A stretch of 64,000 nucleotides of DNA from Nitrosopumilus sp. (GTDB taxonomy: Archaea > Thermoproteota > Nitrososphaeria > Nitrososphaerales > Nitrosopumilaceae): assembly GCA_046754145.1 (NCBI GenBank), contig JBHHVF010000001.1:5791-69790 (forward strand). The letters run 5' to 3'. The position numbers were made by a program, and so were the translations under genes. Below, piece by piece: positions 18,663 through 30,222 of the stretch (positions within the stretch are counted from its first letter, which is position 1; every line of letters begins with the position of its first letter). The notes below the pieces were generated by a model, which was given only the letters and a program-made list of their open reading frames with translations, was not told the origin of the DNA and did not search any database.

Positions 18663-20531
18663 ATGCGTATATTGCAACTTCATTGTGACAGCATTGAGTA
18701 CACTCCAACAAAAAAAGAAATCAAATCTGCCGAAGATATAGAAAATCCTCAAACCCAAAGACTGGAGGAAGTCGTAGTTGCATTTGTTGCAATAGAAGAC
18801 GGTGATGATTCTTCAGTAGCTCAAAATGCAATATCTCAAATTAAAAATTCTATGGACAAAATTGGTTGCAAGAAATTATTGTTATATCCATATGCTCATC
18901 TTAGCTCCAATCTTGCAAAACCCTCAGTTGCTATATCGTTACTCAAAGAGATGGAAGATGATGCATCTGATCTAGAAGTGTCTCATTCTCCATTTGGTTG
19001 GACAAAATCCTATAATGTAAAAGTAAAAGGACATCCACTAGCTGAAAGCTCCAAAGTTGTAACAAAAGATTCAACAGACTCAAAAGGTGAAGAAGAAATT
19101 ACATCTGAAGCTCTAAAAGGTGAATCTAAAATTCGTTCTTACTGGAAAATAATGTCTCCTGACGGGACAATGACAAACATTGGTGATTTTGATTTCTCAA
19201 ATCATAAAAAATTAGAAATTCTAGCAAAATATGAATCTGCAAAACAACGACATGTAGATGAACCCCCTCCACATGTTGCATTAATGAAAAAAATGGCAAT
19301 TGCAGATTATGAATCAGCTTCAGATTCTGGTAACATGAGATTTTATCCCAATGGTCGTTTGATCAAATCTTTGATTGAGCGTTATGTTACTGATAGGGTT
19401 AAAGAATATGGTGGATATGAAGTTGAAACTCCAATAATGTATGATTCAGAACATCCAAGTATGGTTAGTTACTTTAACCGATTTCCAGCCAGACAATACA
19501 ATATTGATTCGGAAGGAAAAAAGCTATTTTTGAGATTTGCTGCTTGTTTTGGCCAATTCCTTATGGCTAATCAATATCAAATGTCATACAAGAATCTACC
19601 ATACAAACTATATGAACTGACTCGATACAGCTTTAGAAGAGAACAATCAGGTGAATTAGTTGGTCTTAGACGACTCAGAGCATTTACAATGCCTGATTGT
19701 CATGCATTTTGTAAAGATCTAGAACAGGCAGTCGATGAGATTAAGACTCGATTTGACTTGTCTCAAAGTGTACTCCGTGAACTTGGAATTGATGAAACTG
19801 ATTATGATATGGCAATTCGATTTACTGAAGATTTTTACAATGAAAATAAATCCGCAATTGAGGAATTAGTCAAAAAACATGGTAAACCAGTATTAGTTGA
19901 GATGTGGAAAGAAAAATTCTTTTATTTTGTTCTAAAATGGGAGTTTAATTTTATTGATGGTCTAGGAAAAGCATCTGCTCTTTCTACAGATCAGATTGAT
20001 GTTGAAAATGGTGACAGATATGGAATTGAATTTGTTGATGAAAATAATAACAAACAACATCCTATAATCTTGCATAATTCCCCTAGTGGTGCAATTGAAA
20101 GAATCATTTACGCGTTATTAGAAAAAGCTGCTAAAGATTCCAAAGAAGGAAAGAAACCACAATTTCCATTATGGTTAGCTCCAACACAAGTCAGAGTAAT
20201 TCCATTAAAAGCAGAATTTAATGATTTTTGTGAAACATTATCCGATAAAATTTCTCGTAATAATATTCGTGTAGATGTCGATGATAGAAATGAAAGTATT
20301 GGAAAAAGAATTCGTGAAGCAGAAAAAGACTGGATAAGATACATCTTGGTAATTGGTGAAAAAGAAGCAAATTCTGAAAATCTAAGCATTCGTGATAGGA
20401 TGACTGGCGCTGTAAAAGAACTATCATTTGATGATTTCATAAACGAAATAAACGAACAAACTAAGGGAAAACCTTTTACTGGTTTGAACTTACCAAAACA
20501 TCTCTCAAAGAGACCACAATTAATGGTGTAA
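18663..20531 (+). CDS. thrS: threonyl-tRNA synthetase, archaeal type with N-terminal editing domain
   Basis: MRILQLHCDSIEYTP.. N-terminus typical of the archaeal ThrRS editing domain, with class II core motifs (..FRREQSGEL.GL.R.R.F.M.D.H.F). The ORF track starts at 18612; ATG 18663 is preferred. Confidence 0.93.
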   Translation: MRILQLHCDSIEYTPTKKEIKSAEDIENPQTQRLEEVVVAFVAIEDGDDSSVAQNAISQIKNSMDKIGCKKLLLYPYAHLSSNLAKPSVAISLLKEMEDDASDLEVSHSPFGWTKSYNVKVKGHPLAESSKVVTKDSTDSKGEEEITSEALKGESKIRSYWKIMSPDGTMTNIGDFDFSNHKKLEILAKYESAKQRHVDEPPPHVALMKKMAIADYESASDSGNMRFYPNGRLIKSLIERYVTDRVKEYGGYEVETPIMYDSEHPSMVSYFNRFPARQYNIDSEGKKLFLRFAACFGQFLMANQYQMSYKNLPYKLYELTRYSFRREQSGELVGLRRLRAFTMPDCHAFCKDLEQAVDEIKTRFDLSQSVLRELGIDETDYDMAIRFTEDFYNENKSAIEELVKKHGKPVLVEMWKEKFFYFVLKWEFNFIDGLGKASALSTDQIDVENGDRYGIEFVDENNNKQHPIILHNSPSGAIERIIYALLEKAAKDSKEGKKPQFPLWLAPTQVRVIPLKAEFNDFCETLSDKISRNNIRVDVDDRNESIGKRIREAEKDWIRYILVIGEKEANSENLSIRDRMTGAVKELSFDDFINEINEQTKGKPFTGLNLPKHLSKRPQLMV

Positions 20532-20534
20532 AAA

Positions 20535-21407
20535 ATGAGCTTTACTGATTTATACATGAACAAAAACCCGATGATTACTCTTTCTGATGAAGAATCTGAA
20601 CCAGTGGCAACTGTATTTGGGATTCCATTTGATGCTACTCATTCCTACAAACCTGGTTGTAGATTTGGACCTGATGTGATTCGTGATTCATTTAACAATA
20701 TTGAGGTTTTTCATCCTGAACTTCAAGTAGATGTGGAGGCTGTACACATTGAAGACTTGGGAAATACCCGACATACTGTAGTTGCATCTGAAATGATTGA
20801 GATGGTAAAAAAAATTACCACCGAACTTGTAGCAAAACAAAGACAGCTTTTCATTTTGGGTGGTGAGCACTCAATCACATATGGTGCATTCCCAAGCTTT
20901 CCAAAAGAAACAGGCTATGTTGTTTTTGATGCACATTATGATTTACGAGATGAATTTGCAGACAGCAAATTAAGCCACGCTTCTTATCTTAGAAGAATTG
21001 TTGAAGATAGAGGCTCTGAAAATATTTTACATGTAGGTGCTAGGGCCTTTGTTCAAGAAGAATTGGAATTTCTAAAAGAAAATAATATCAAAACAATCTC
21101 CGATAAAGAAATTAGAGAAGGGAAAGGACCTCAACTCCTCAAAGATCATGTGTCTACTTTTAATACCATTTATTCTAGTTTTGATCTTGACGTACTGGAT
21201 CCTGCATTTGCTCCAGGTGTAGGTAATCCAGAGGCTGTGGGAATTACCTCTAGAGAGTTATTTGATTTGATTCATTCTTTTGAAGACACCAAAGTCACTG
21301 GTGTGGATATTGTAGAACTAAACCCATATCATGATAATGGGTCTACTGCATCTATTGCAGCCAAAATAATGTCTACTTTAATTGCCATGAATTTATCACA
21401 AAATTAG
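20535..21407 (+). CDS. speB: agmatinase (arginase/ureohydrolase family)
   Basis: GGEHSITY, DAHYDLRD, SFDLDVLDPAFAPGVGNPE manganese-site motifs. Confidence 0.85.
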   Translation: MSFTDLYMNKNPMITLSDEESEPVATVFGIPFDATHSYKPGCRFGPDVIRDSFNNIEVFHPELQVDVEAVHIEDLGNTRHTVVASEMIEMVKKITTELVAKQRQLFILGGEHSITYGAFPSFPKETGYVVFDAHYDLRDEFADSKLSHASYLRRIVEDRGSENILHVGARAFVQEELEFLKENNIKTISDKEIREGKGPQLLKDHVSTFNTIYSSFDLDVLDPAFAPGVGNPEAVGITSRELFDLIHSFEDTKVTGVDIVELNPYHDNGSTASIAAKIMSTLIAMNLSQN

Positions 21408-21495
21408 TCTTAGGCTAGTTTTGTAAATTTTGACTTCATTTTACTTCATTTTTGTCCCTGTTCACTTTATTAGCTAGTATTGTTGGGATTATCAC

Positions 21496-22068
21496 GTGTT
21501 AAATAATCTGAGAGAAACTCTTGCACCAACACTTGAAAAGATTGGAAAAGGATTTGCATCTACAGGATTGTCTCCAAACTTTTGGACTTCTGTAGGATTA
21601 GCATTTGCATTGTTATCTGCTGTGGTTTATGGTCTAGGAATAGAATTTGGACTAATACTTGGGGGATTTTTGTTACTTGTTTCAGGATTCTTTGATATGG
21701 TTGATGGTCAAGTAGCAAGAGTTACTGGTAAGACCTCAAAAAAAGGCTCATACTTTGATTCTATGTTTGATAAAATTGCCGAAGTTGCAATATTTTTAGG
21801 AATTCTAATTGGTGGATATGCTGAACCCCATTGGGTATTACTTGCAATCACTTTATCATTATTAGTTAGTTATGCCAGAGCAAAATCTGATGCTCTTAAC
21901 ATAAAACTTCAAGGAGTAGGTATTGGCGAAAGAGCAGAAAGACTTTTGGTAATTGCAATAATTGGAATAATTGGTTTTATGGAATACGCTGTAATGATTG
22001 TAGTAATAATTGCTGGAATTACTTTAATTCAAAGAATGGTTGTAACTGCAAAAAATATTAAAGAATAA
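21496..22068 (+). CDS. CDP-alcohol phosphatidyltransferase (archaetidyl-headgroup synthase type)
   Basis: DMVDGQVARVTGKTSKKGSYFDSMFDKIAE matches the DGx2ARx8Gx3Dx3D motif. Polytopic. GTG start. Confidence 0.8.
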   Translation: MLNNLRETLAPTLEKIGKGFASTGLSPNFWTSVGLAFALLSAVVYGLGIEFGLILGGFLLLVSGFFDMVDGQVARVTGKTSKKGSYFDSMFDKIAEVAIFLGILIGGYAEPHWVLLAITLSLLVSYARAKSDALNIKLQGVGIGERAERLLVIAIIGIIGFMEYAVMIVVIIAGITLIQRMVVTAKNIKE

Positions 22069-22070
22069 TA

Positions 22071-22358
22071 CTATCGAAGTTTACCACGTTTTCTTCTATT
22101 ATCTGCAGATCTAATTTTCAGAATCTTAAAGTGAATTGCACATGAAATGCAATACCATTTCAGAACTGTTGGTGAAGCGATGTATGCACCTTGTGCACGT
22201 AGCTCTTTTGCTAATGTATGTTCAACAAGATTTAATTTCGAAGTGACTTTCTTTGCTTTATCCTTTGGAACTGTTTGTCCACAGTTTGTACACTGTACAA
22301 CCCCTGAGGAGCCTTTTCCGCCTTTAGTTCGACCTCTACTTGCACGTTTAAGTGGCAT
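22071..22358 (-). CDS. rps26e: 30S ribosomal protein S26e
   Basis: RGRTKGGKGSSGVVQCTNCGQTVPKDKA..YCISCAIH. Confidence 0.85.
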   Translation of the reverse strand: MPLKRASRGRTKGGKGSSGVVQCTNCGQTVPKDKAKKVTSKLNLVEHTLAKELRAQGAYIASPTVLKWYCISCAIHFKILKIRSADNRRKRGKLR

Positions 22359-22487
22359 GTCGATAAACTTATTTGCCTACTTATATTCTTGCGGATAATT
22401 CAAAAAAACTGATAAAATTATGCCTAAATTAAGACAAAAAATACTCTATGTTTTAATTCTAGATCGAGTAACCCTTTTTGATAGACA

Positions 22488-22595
22488 ATGCAAGGTCTTT
22501 GCCATACCTGTCTTTCTTCAGGCGTTGAAATTGTAATCGAAAAAGGACAAATCATCTGTCTGAAATGTCTTGAAAAAATCAATGCAAATAACTAA
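22488..22595 (+). CDS. possible 35-aa zinc-ribbon micro-protein
   Basis: Hand translation gives MQGLCHTCLSSGVEIVIEKGQIICLKCLEKINANN* (two CxxC pairs). Confidence 0.3.
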   Translation: MQGLCHTCLSSGVEIVIEKGQIICLKCLEKINANN

Positions 22596-22621
22596 ATCTG
22601 TTATTACCTGAATCAAGAGAA

Positions 22622-23491
22622 ATGAAATTAGCTGTTTTTGCACATTGTGCAATTGATACAATTACAATTGATAATTCTAATTATGAACAAATTGGTGGCT
22701 CTGCCTGTTACTGTGGAATAACTGCAAGACAGTTCAAATTTGATGTAGACTTGTTTACAAAATTTGGACCTGATTTTCCAAAACAATATCTTCTAGAAAG
22801 TAAAATCAACTTTGTAAATTCTGAATCAGAAAAAAATACTACAAAATTTGCTATATCCATTAATGGCTCAGATAGAACCCTTAAACTTGAAAATGAATGT
22901 GAACCAATAGATTACTCTGGTGTATCTGCTGATGGACATATAGTCAGTCCCATCTACCACGAAATTTCTGATGATGTTTTTAGAAAAATCAAGAATGACT
23001 CTAATTTCCTTTTTGTTGATCCTCAAGGATTTTTGAGAGAAAAAGATTCTCAAAATAATATTGTTTTAGAAAATTCTAATCTTGATTTATCTGATGTTAA
23101 TGCAATAAAGGTTAACCCTGAAGAAGCTCAACATCTTGTCAATGGTTCTCATGATGAAATGATGGTAGCATTACAGAAAAAAGGAATTGAATATGTATTA
23201 TTAACTGATAAAACTAATGTGTCTCTTTTGGTAAAAGACAAAATCTATTCTATTACTCTTCCCAATCAGCAAATTCATGATACTACTGGGATTGGTGATA
23301 TTTTTTGTTCAGCATTTTGCTGTACAATACTTAAGGAAAAGGACTTTTTGTGGGCTCTTTGCTTTGCAGGAGGAGCTGCTCAAGCTGCTCTTGATTCAAA
23401 AAATGTTGGGTTGCAAAAAATTCCACAAAAGGGAATTATTCAGACAAATGCTTCTTATTTTTACAATTTAGTAAAATTCAGAGACTTGTAA
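22622..23491 (+). CDS. PfkB-family carbohydrate/nucleoside kinase
   Basis: C-terminal DTTGIGDIFCSAF (PfkB signature 2) and N-terminal GG.A motif. Confidence 0.75.
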   Translation: MKLAVFAHCAIDTITIDNSNYEQIGGSACYCGITARQFKFDVDLFTKFGPDFPKQYLLESKINFVNSESEKNTTKFAISINGSDRTLKLENECEPIDYSGVSADGHIVSPIYHEISDDVFRKIKNDSNFLFVDPQGFLREKDSQNNIVLENSNLDLSDVNAIKVNPEEAQHLVNGSHDEMMVALQKKGIEYVLLTDKTNVSLLVKDKIYSITLPNQQIHDTTGIGDIFCSAFCCTILKEKDFLWALCFAGGAAQAALDSKNVGLQKIPQKGIIQTNASYFYNLVKFRDL

Positions 23492-23531
23492 TGCATTATT
23501 CTTTTATTGTACTGAGTAGTTTGTTTCTTCT

Positions 23532-24530
23532 GTGCAAATAGGCATTTATGGTTCTGGAGCTACAGATACGGCAGCAAAGACAATTAAAAAAATTTTAGAT
23601 GATAATGGAATCAAATCCTTCACATTAACAAAATCAAAAAGCAAACAAGCTGATTGTGTTATTGTTTTAGGTGGAGATAAGGGAGTTAGAAATTATTTTC
23701 ATAGCAGTCTTGACTCTACTTCCCCTGTATTGGGAATTAGTGAAGGTGAGACAAGTGGTTTTTTGGCTCAAATTGATCTTAGAGAATTTTCATCTTATGT
23801 AAACATCTTAAAAAAACAAAACTATACAATTGAAGAAGTTCCACGACTTGGTGTAAAAATTGATGGAAAAAATGTCTATCCTGTACTTAATGATGTTGCA
23901 GTATTTTCTTCAAAGAGTGCTATGTTGATGGAGCATACACTGAGTGTAAATGGAGAAGAAGTATGGCACGATAATAGTGATGGAATAATTGTATCTACAC
24001 CAATTGGTTCATCTGCTTATTCCATGTCAGTTGGTGGACCTGTCTTGTTTCAGGATTCTTCTGTATTCGAAATAATTTCTGTAAATTCTCTTGATGTAAC
24101 TCGTAGACCAATTATTGTATCTAATCAAAGTTCTATTGAAATCGATGATATTTCTGCAAGACTACATTGTGAAGTTGTTCTTGATGGTTTGGATAGGTAT
24201 AAGGTAAACAAAACTGTAGAGTGTACCCAATTTCTTCCTCCTGCAAAAATTATTCGACTCAAAAAGGATTCTACTGCAATTTCTGCACTTGCTAAGAAGG
24301 TTCATCTTGCAGAAGAGTTACTTAGTATGCCTCCAAGCTCCAAATTACTTCTAAAGACATTGGAGTATGAAGGTGCATTAACTCAAAAAGATCTGGCAAA
24401 CAAGACCTTACTTCCTGATCGAACTGTAAGATTGGCACTGAGTCATCTTTTGAAAAAAGGATATGTAAAAAAGAAAGTTTCAATCCGAGATGCTAGACAG
24501 AAAATTTATGAAATATCAAAAATAGAATAA
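23532..24530 (+). CDS. nadK: NAD kinase fused to a C-terminal winged-helix (MarR/TrmB-like) domain
   Basis: GGDKG, NDVAV, DGIIVSTPIGSSAYSMSVGGPV kinase motifs. C-terminal ~75 aa LLLKTLEYEGALTQKDLANKTLLPDRTVRLALSHLLKKGYV. GTG start. Confidence 0.8.
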   Translation: MQIGIYGSGATDTAAKTIKKILDDNGIKSFTLTKSKSKQADCVIVLGGDKGVRNYFHSSLDSTSPVLGISEGETSGFLAQIDLREFSSYVNILKKQNYTIEEVPRLGVKIDGKNVYPVLNDVAVFSSKSAMLMEHTLSVNGEEVWHDNSDGIIVSTPIGSSAYSMSVGGPVLFQDSSVFEIISVNSLDVTRRPIIVSNQSSIEIDDISARLHCEVVLDGLDRYKVNKTVECTQFLPPAKIIRLKKDSTAISALAKKVHLAEELLSMPPSSKLLLKTLEYEGALTQKDLANKTLLPDRTVRLALSHLLKKGYVKKKVSIRDARQKIYEISKIE

Positions 24531-24535
24531 CATTC

Positions 24536-24691
24536 TCAAGAATGTTCTTTAGAAATTTTATTTGTATGTGATGCATCGTTTTTTGTTGCTTTTTCAATTC
24601 GTTTTTGAATATCTTTTTTCCAACATTCCGCTGAACAGAAATCTTTTATTCCTGTCTCATATTCCTTACCGCATTCCGCACATTTTGCCAA
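24536..24691 (-). CDS. possible small Cys-rich protein (TTG start)
   Basis: Hand translation gives (M)AKCAECGKEYETGIKDFCSAECWKKDIQKRIEK... The frame is open further upstream but has no ATG/GTG. Confidence 0.25.
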   Translation of the reverse strand: MAKCAECGKEYETGIKDFCSAECWKKDIQKRIEKATKNDASHTNKISKEHS

Positions 24692-24808
24692 TTTTACAGC
24701 TTTTTTGAAGTCATGGTTCCATAATAATTTTTTATTGATTTTTTTCCCAAATTTGGGAAAAATTGAAAATTATGCGTAAGATTTTTCAAAGAATTGAATT
24801 CAACTAAT

Positions 24809-25417
24809 TTAGTAAATTCGTGCAAGTGCTTGTAAATCTAAAAGTGATATTAAATTATGGTTCATGTTGATAATTGATTGCATTAGATCATTTTTTGCAT
24901 CAGTATGTCCAAGTCCTAATGCGTGACCTAATTCATGTCTGATGATTGATTCTAGCTGTCTTTTGCTTAATTCATCGACATTGTAAATTTTAACAAATGC
25001 TTTTTTGATTTTTCCGTTTTCATCATAAAACAGATTTGTATATCCATCATATCCCTGATTACTAGTTTTATCCATTAAATAGATTGTAATTGCTTCTTTG
25101 TAGTCTAGTTTGTATTGAACTTGTAATGTTGGAACTTTAACTCCAAATGATTTTGAAATTTCTTTAATTCCTTCATTCCATCCAAGAAATTGAGTTCTAG
25201 AATTTTTTACATCTTTTGAATTGATTGCATCTTCTACAACATCTACCTGATTTTCACTAACTTTTGCATCTCTTAGAATTAAAACTGGAATCTTGTCATC
25301 TTTGACTTCTTTCCATACTCTTAATTCATTCCATTGACCACCCTCTTCGGCCCAAACTTCTACAGGAACAAAGATGGCTACAACTACTACCATAGGTAGT
25401 AGACCCATGCCTCTCAC
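24809..25417 (-). CDS. secreted zinc metalloprotease, metzincin (matrixin-like)
   Basis: N-terminal hydrophobic signal. HELGHALGLGHT matches HExxHxxGxxH. Confidence 0.75.
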   Translation of the reverse strand: MRGMGLLPMVVVVAIFVPVEVWAEEGGQWNELRVWKEVKDDKIPVLILRDAKVSENQVDVVEDAINSKDVKNSRTQFLGWNEGIKEISKSFGVKVPTLQVQYKLDYKEAITIYLMDKTSNQGYDGYTNLFYDENGKIKKAFVKIYNVDELSKRQLESIIRHELGHALGLGHTDAKNDLMQSIINMNHNLISLLDLQALARIY

Positions 25418-25559
25418 AAAGTATGAATATCATAGATTATAATATTCACAAGTTTGTTATTTGTGTTACAAACAATTTTGTACGTAAATTTGTAATATTT
25501 TTTTTGTTACATTTTTTTGTTGTAATTCTTAGAATTTTTTTTGTAAGATTTGTAATCTT

Positions 25560-27167
25560 TTATACATTATTTTCAGAAGCAGCTCTGATAAACGCAGCAA
25601 AAGATTCTTCAGGAAATCCTGGTCTACTATTAAATTCTGGATGAAATTGAACTCCTAGATAGAATTTGTGCGAAGGAATTTCAAGCATTTCCATTCTTTT
25701 TCCTTCATCACTTTCAGCTGAAAATATCAATCCATTTTTTTCAAATTCTGGAATATACTCTTTGTTAATTTCATATCTGTGTCTATGACGTTTGTTGATA
25801 TTTACTGTGTTGTAGATTTTTTTTGCATTTGTATTTTCTTTTATTGTTATTTCGTTTGCACCTAGTCTAAGTGAACCTCCCATATCTGAAACATCTTTTT
25901 GTTCTGGAAGTAAATCGACAATAGGATTCTTTGCATCTGCTTTAATCTCAGCCGAATTCGCATCTTCTAAATTCAAAACATTTCTTCCAAATGCAATTGC
26001 TGCTAATTGGAACCCAAAACATATTCCCAGGTATGGTATGTTTTTCTCACGTGCATAATTTGCAGTTTGAATAATTCCTTCAGATCCTCTTATTCCAAAT
26101 CCTCCTGGAACTAAAATTCCATCATAGTTTGATAGTATACTGTAATCTGTTATTGATTCAGAATCTATCCAGTCAATATCTATTGATTTTCCTATTTGTG
26201 CCCCTGCGTGTTTTAATGCATGATTTACACTTACATAACTATCTGCAAGTGTAACGTATTTTCCAACCATCGCAATCTTTACTTTTTGATCTTCATGATT
26301 AACCATATTCTCTGCAATCTCATTCCATTTGTCCCAATTTGCTGAAGCATTTACCATTCCAACCTTTCCAAACTTTGTAAATATTGCATCCATAATTCCT
26401 TGATCATAAAGCATCTGTGGAACTTCAAAAATTGATTTGGCATCATGACATGATAGTACATCTTTTGCAGTTACGTTTGTAAACATCGCAATCTTCTTTT
26501 TTGTTTTTTCTTCTAATGGCAATGTGCATCTAACTGCTAAAAAGTCTGGTTGAATTCCTATTCTTCTTAGTTCTTGGACGCTGTGTTGTGTTGGTTTTGT
26601 CTTTTGTTCTCCTACTACATCAAGTGAAGGGGCTAATGTCACATGAACAAAGATTACTCCTTCTGACCCTTCTTCTACTCTCATTTGTCTGAGTGCCTCT
26701 AAAAATGGCAATGACTCTATATCTCCAACGGTCCCCCCACATTCTACTATCAAAAAGTCTAATTTTTCATCTTCTGTAATCTTTCTAATCCTTCTTTTGA
26801 TCTCATCAGTTACATGTGGAATAATCTGAACACATGCTCCTAGATATTCTCCTTTCCTCTCTGCTTCAATGACTGAAGAATACACCTGTGCAGTTGTAAT
26901 GTTGTGGCTTTTTGGAATATTTTGATTTAGAAATCTTTCATAGTTTCCAATATCCATGTCACATTCACCTCCATCTTCTGTTACGAAAACTTCTCCATGT
27001 GCAACTGGATTCATTGTTCCTGCATCATAATTTAGATATGGATCTATCTTGACACAAGATACTTTTTGATCTGCTAATTGTAATAACTTTGCAATCGAGG
27101 AAGTTGTTACGCCTTTTCCGAGGCCAGACATCACACCACCTGTGACAAAAATAAACTTCGTCTGCAC
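25560..27167 (-). CDS. pyrG: CTP synthase
   Basis: [22 protein letters not shown] and the glutamine amidotransferase C-terminus. Confidence 0.95.
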   Translation of the reverse strand: MQTKFIFVTGGVMSGLGKGVTTSSIAKLLQLADQKVSCVKIDPYLNYDAGTMNPVAHGEVFVTEDGGECDMDIGNYERFLNQNIPKSHNITTAQVYSSVIEAERKGEYLGACVQIIPHVTDEIKRRIRKITEDEKLDFLIVECGGTVGDIESLPFLEALRQMRVEEGSEGVIFVHVTLAPSLDVVGEQKTKPTQHSVQELRRIGIQPDFLAVRCTLPLEEKTKKKIAMFTNVTAKDVLSCHDAKSIFEVPQMLYDQGIMDAIFTKFGKVGMVNASANWDKWNEIAENMVNHEDQKVKIAMVGKYVTLADSYVSVNHALKHAGAQIGKSIDIDWIDSESITDYSILSNYDGILVPGGFGIRGSEGIIQTANYAREKNIPYLGICFGFQLAAIAFGRNVLNLEDANSAEIKADAKNPIVDLLPEQKDVSDMGGSLRLGANEITIKENTNAKKIYNTVNINKRHRHRYEINKEYIPEFEKNGLIFSAESDEGKRMEMLEIPSHKFYLGVQFHPEFNSRPGFPEESFAAFIRAASENNV

Positions 27168-27471
27168 ATTAATGAAACAAGTATCTATCTTTTGTATGTT
27201 TTGTCTATCGTTAGTTGAAATTAAGGTTGACAGGCTCTCTTCAATTTAGATTCATGCTGAATTCTCGATTGGCTGAGTAGATGCGATCTTTACAATTGTG
27301 AAAAAATCCCTTATTTTTTTAACGAGTTTTAGACATTCCTGTGGTGTATTTTTTATTTTTCTTTGTGTATAATACTATGAGAACCTCTAGACTGGTGGTC
27401 ATAACTAAAATAAACCCCTCCAATACAATTTGAAAACTTGGCCACCCTTCTATGACGGCTTTTAATTTGTG

Positions 27472-28272
27472 CTAAAGAATAGTTTGTTTTTTCAGACTTT
27501 TTGTAAATGATGAAATTTTTGATTCTAGTTTATTTTGAGGAGTTTTTTCAATTAATTTCAAATAAGCACTTCCAACAATTACTGCATCTGCCCCAACTTT
27601 GATGTATTTTTTTACATCTTTAGGAGTTGAAACTCCAAATCCTACTCCTATGGGAATTTTCCCCTTGGTTTGTTTTTTAACATCTTTGATTGCTTTTAAT
27701 GTGTAATTTTTGATTCCTGATTTGACTCCTGTTGTACCATAAACTGCAACAAGATACAAGAATCCAGTTGATGCTTTTACAATTTTTTGTATTCTAGTCT
27801 TGTTAGTGTTGGGAGATATTAGAAATATTGTGTCTGCATTGTTTTTTGCTGCATGTCGATATTCTTTTGATTCTTCAACTGACATATCTGGAAGAATGAA
27901 TCCATCGATTCCTGCCTTTTTTGCTTCTGAGATGAATTTTGGATATCCTTTATGATACAAAATATTGGTGTACGTCATTAGTACTAATGGAATATCTGTT
28001 TCTTTTCTGATTTTTTTTACGATATTGAAAAATTTGTTAATCTTAGTACCTCTTTCAAGTGAAACTGTACTTGCATTTTGAATCACAGGTCCATCAGCTA
28101 GAGGATCTGAAAAAGGAAAACCTAATTCTATTATGTCTACTCCTCCTTTTACCAATCCTTTTACAGTTGCAATTGTTGCTTTTTCGTTTGGAAATCCAAC
28201 CATGATATATGATATCAGTGCCTTTTGATTTTTAGCCTCTAATTCAGTGAATTTTTCTTTAATCCTTGACAT
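27472..28272 (-). CDS. trpA: tryptophan synthase alpha chain
   Basis: Typical TrpA pattern ([17 protein letters not shown]). Last gene of the trp operon. Confidence 0.9.
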   Translation of the reverse strand: MSRIKEKFTELEAKNQKALISYIMVGFPNEKATIATVKGLVKGGVDIIELGFPFSDPLADGPVIQNASTVSLERGTKINKFFNIVKKIRKETDIPLVLMTYTNILYHKGYPKFISEAKKAGIDGFILPDMSVEESKEYRHAAKNNADTIFLISPNTNKTRIQKIVKASTGFLYLVAVYGTTGVKSGIKNYTLKAIKDVKKQTKGKIPIGVGFGVSTPKDVKKYIKVGADAVIVGSAYLKLIEKTPQNKLESKISSFTKSLKKQTIL

Positions 28273-29449
28273 TTTCCCTCAAATAATTTTGTACTTCTTC
28301 AACATCTTTGTCCCCTCTTCCAGAAAGTGTCACAACTATCGATTCTGATTTTTTTCCTTTACGTGCTACTTTAATTGCTTCAGCTATTGCATGAGCTGAT
28401 TCAAGTGCTGGAATAATTCCTTCTGTTCTAGTAAGCATCAAAAATGCATCAATGACTTCTGCATCTGTAGCTGAATGGTATTTTACTTGTTTTGTATCTT
28501 TAAAGTATGAATGCTCAGGTCCAACCCCTGGATAATCTAACCCTGCTGATATACTGTGTGTTTCTGTAATTTGCCCTTCACTATCTTGAAGTAAATATGT
28601 CATCATGCCATGTAATACTCCTTTAGTTCCAACTGATAATGTTGCTGAATGTAATTTTGATTTTAATCCTTGACCTGCAGCTTCAACACCTATCATTTCT
28701 GTATTAGAATCAACTAGAGGATAGAATGTTCCAATTGCATTAGATCCTCCTCCAACACATGCTATGACACTATCTGGTGTTTTGTTGTTGATCTTTTTCA
28801 TCTGTGATTTAATTTCATTTCCAATGACACTTTGAAAATCTCTAACCATTACTGGATAAGGATGTGGTCCTACTGCCGATCCTAGAAGATAATATGTTGT
28901 TTCTACATTTGTGATCCAATCACGAATTGCTTCATTGATTGCATCTTTTAGTGTCTTTGAACCCGAATTTACTGGATGAACTTTGGAACCCAATAAATCC
29001 ATTCGAAATACGTTAAGCTTTTGTCGAATTGTATCTTTGTAACCCATGTAAACCTCAGCTTTCATTCCTAAAGCCGCACATGCCATTGCAGTGGCAACAC
29101 CGTGTTGTCCAGCACCTGTTTCTGCAATGATTCTTTTCTTTTTCATTTTCTTTGCAAGAAGTGCCTGACCAAGTGTATTGTTAATTTTGTGTGCCCCGCC
29201 ATGTAGCAAATCTTCTCGTTTAAGATAGATTTTGGCACCTCCTAGTTTTTCTGACAAATTTTTTGCATAGTACAATGGAGTTGGTCTCCCAGCATACACT
29301 TTGAGATAATAATCTAATTCTTTTTTGAAATTTTTGTCATTTTTGAATTTAAGATAATTTTCTTCTAACTCTTCAATTGCAGGAACTAGTGTTTCTGGAA
29401 TGTACTTTCCACCAAATTCTCCAAATCTACCATTCTTAGGATATTTCAA
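28259..29449 (-). CDS. trpB: tryptophan synthase beta chain
   Basis: [19 protein letters not shown]-site motif. Confidence 0.95.
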   Translation of the reverse strand: MKYPKNGRFGEFGGKYIPETLVPAIEELEENYLKFKNDKNFKKELDYYLKVYAGRPTPLYYAKNLSEKLGGAKIYLKREDLLHGGAHKINNTLGQALLAKKMKKKRIIAETGAGQHGVATAMACAALGMKAEVYMGYKDTIRQKLNVFRMDLLGSKVHPVNSGSKTLKDAINEAIRDWITNVETTYYLLGSAVGPHPYPVMVRDFQSVIGNEIKSQMKKINNKTPDSVIACVGGGSNAIGTFYPLVDSNTEMIGVEAAGQGLKSKLHSATLSVGTKGVLHGMMTYLLQDSEGQITETHSISAGLDYPGVGPEHSYFKDTKQVKYHSATDAEVIDAFLMLTRTEGIIPALESAHAIAEAIKVARKGKKSESIVVTLSGRGDKDVEEVQNYLRENVKD

Positions 29450-30222
29450 TATGCTCTCACCAATTTCCTTACCTGCTCTTCGATATTATCGCTTTTCATA
29501 ATACTTGACCCCATCAAGAAAGCATTTGCTCCACACTTTTTTAGATATTGGATGTCTTCAGGAGTTTCAATTCCACTTTCTGAGAGAATAGGTCTAGATT
29601 TTTCATATCCTTCTAGAACATTTTTTGTAGTTTTTAGATCAATTTCTAGTGTATCTAGATTTCTATTGTTAATTCCAATAAGGTCCGCATCTGTCTTTAT
29701 TGCATTTTCAAATTCTTCTTTTGTATGAACTTCAAGAAGAATTTTTAATTCCTTTTTGTGGGCATAGTCAATAAATTCATCAATTTCTTTGAGAAATCCT
29801 TGATCAAACAATGATTGAATCAATAACATGTAATCTGCACCAATTTTTTCTGCAGTGTCTATCTGGATATTATCTATCATGATATCTTTCATTAATAATG
29901 GTACATCTACTGTTTCTCTAACCTTCATGAAATATTCTGGTGAACCGTGAAATAGATTGGGCTGAGTCAGTACTGATAATGCTTTTGAGCCTCCTGCAAT
30001 CATCTGTTTTGCTATACTTGCAGGATCTGTAAGAGTTCTAATTTTCCCAAGAGATGGAGATGCAAATTTTATCTCAGTTAGAAGTGTTGGATGTGGATTT
30101 GTATTGATAATCTGAATAAAGTCTTTACTTGATTTCTGTAGATTTACATCTACATCATATACTCCATCATCAATTGCTGCTTGAGAATTGTTTACTAATT
30201 TTTTTAGAATATTTTCAGCCAT
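29446..30222 (-). CDS. trpC: indole-3-glycerol phosphate synthase
   Basis: [17 protein letters not shown] motifs. Confidence 0.9.
   Translation of the reverse strand: MAENILKKLVNNSQAAIDDGVYDVDVNLQKSSKDFIQIINTNPHPTLLTEIKFASPSLGKIRTLTDPASIAKQMIAGGSKALSVLTQPNLFHGSPEYFMKVRETVDVPLLMKDIMIDNIQIDTAEKIGADYMLLIQSLFDQGFLKEIDEFIDYAHKKELKILLEVHTKEEFENAIKTDADLIGINNRNLDTLEIDLKTTKNVLEGYEKSRPILSESGIETPEDIQYLKKCGANAFLMGSSIMKSDNIEEQVRKLVRAY

Noticed and set aside
25423-25644. 73-aa ORF in the metzincin/pyrG spacer.
   Set aside because: Its translation is a Phe/Ile/Val low-complexity string produced by T-rich intergenic DNA, and its 3' part overlaps the pyrG C-terminus.
27437-27447. The minus-strand string GGGTGGCCAAGT, which resembles the 5' end of tRNA-Leu/Ser.
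   Set aside because: The surrounding sequence is AT-rich and cannot form acceptor, D, anticodon or T stems.
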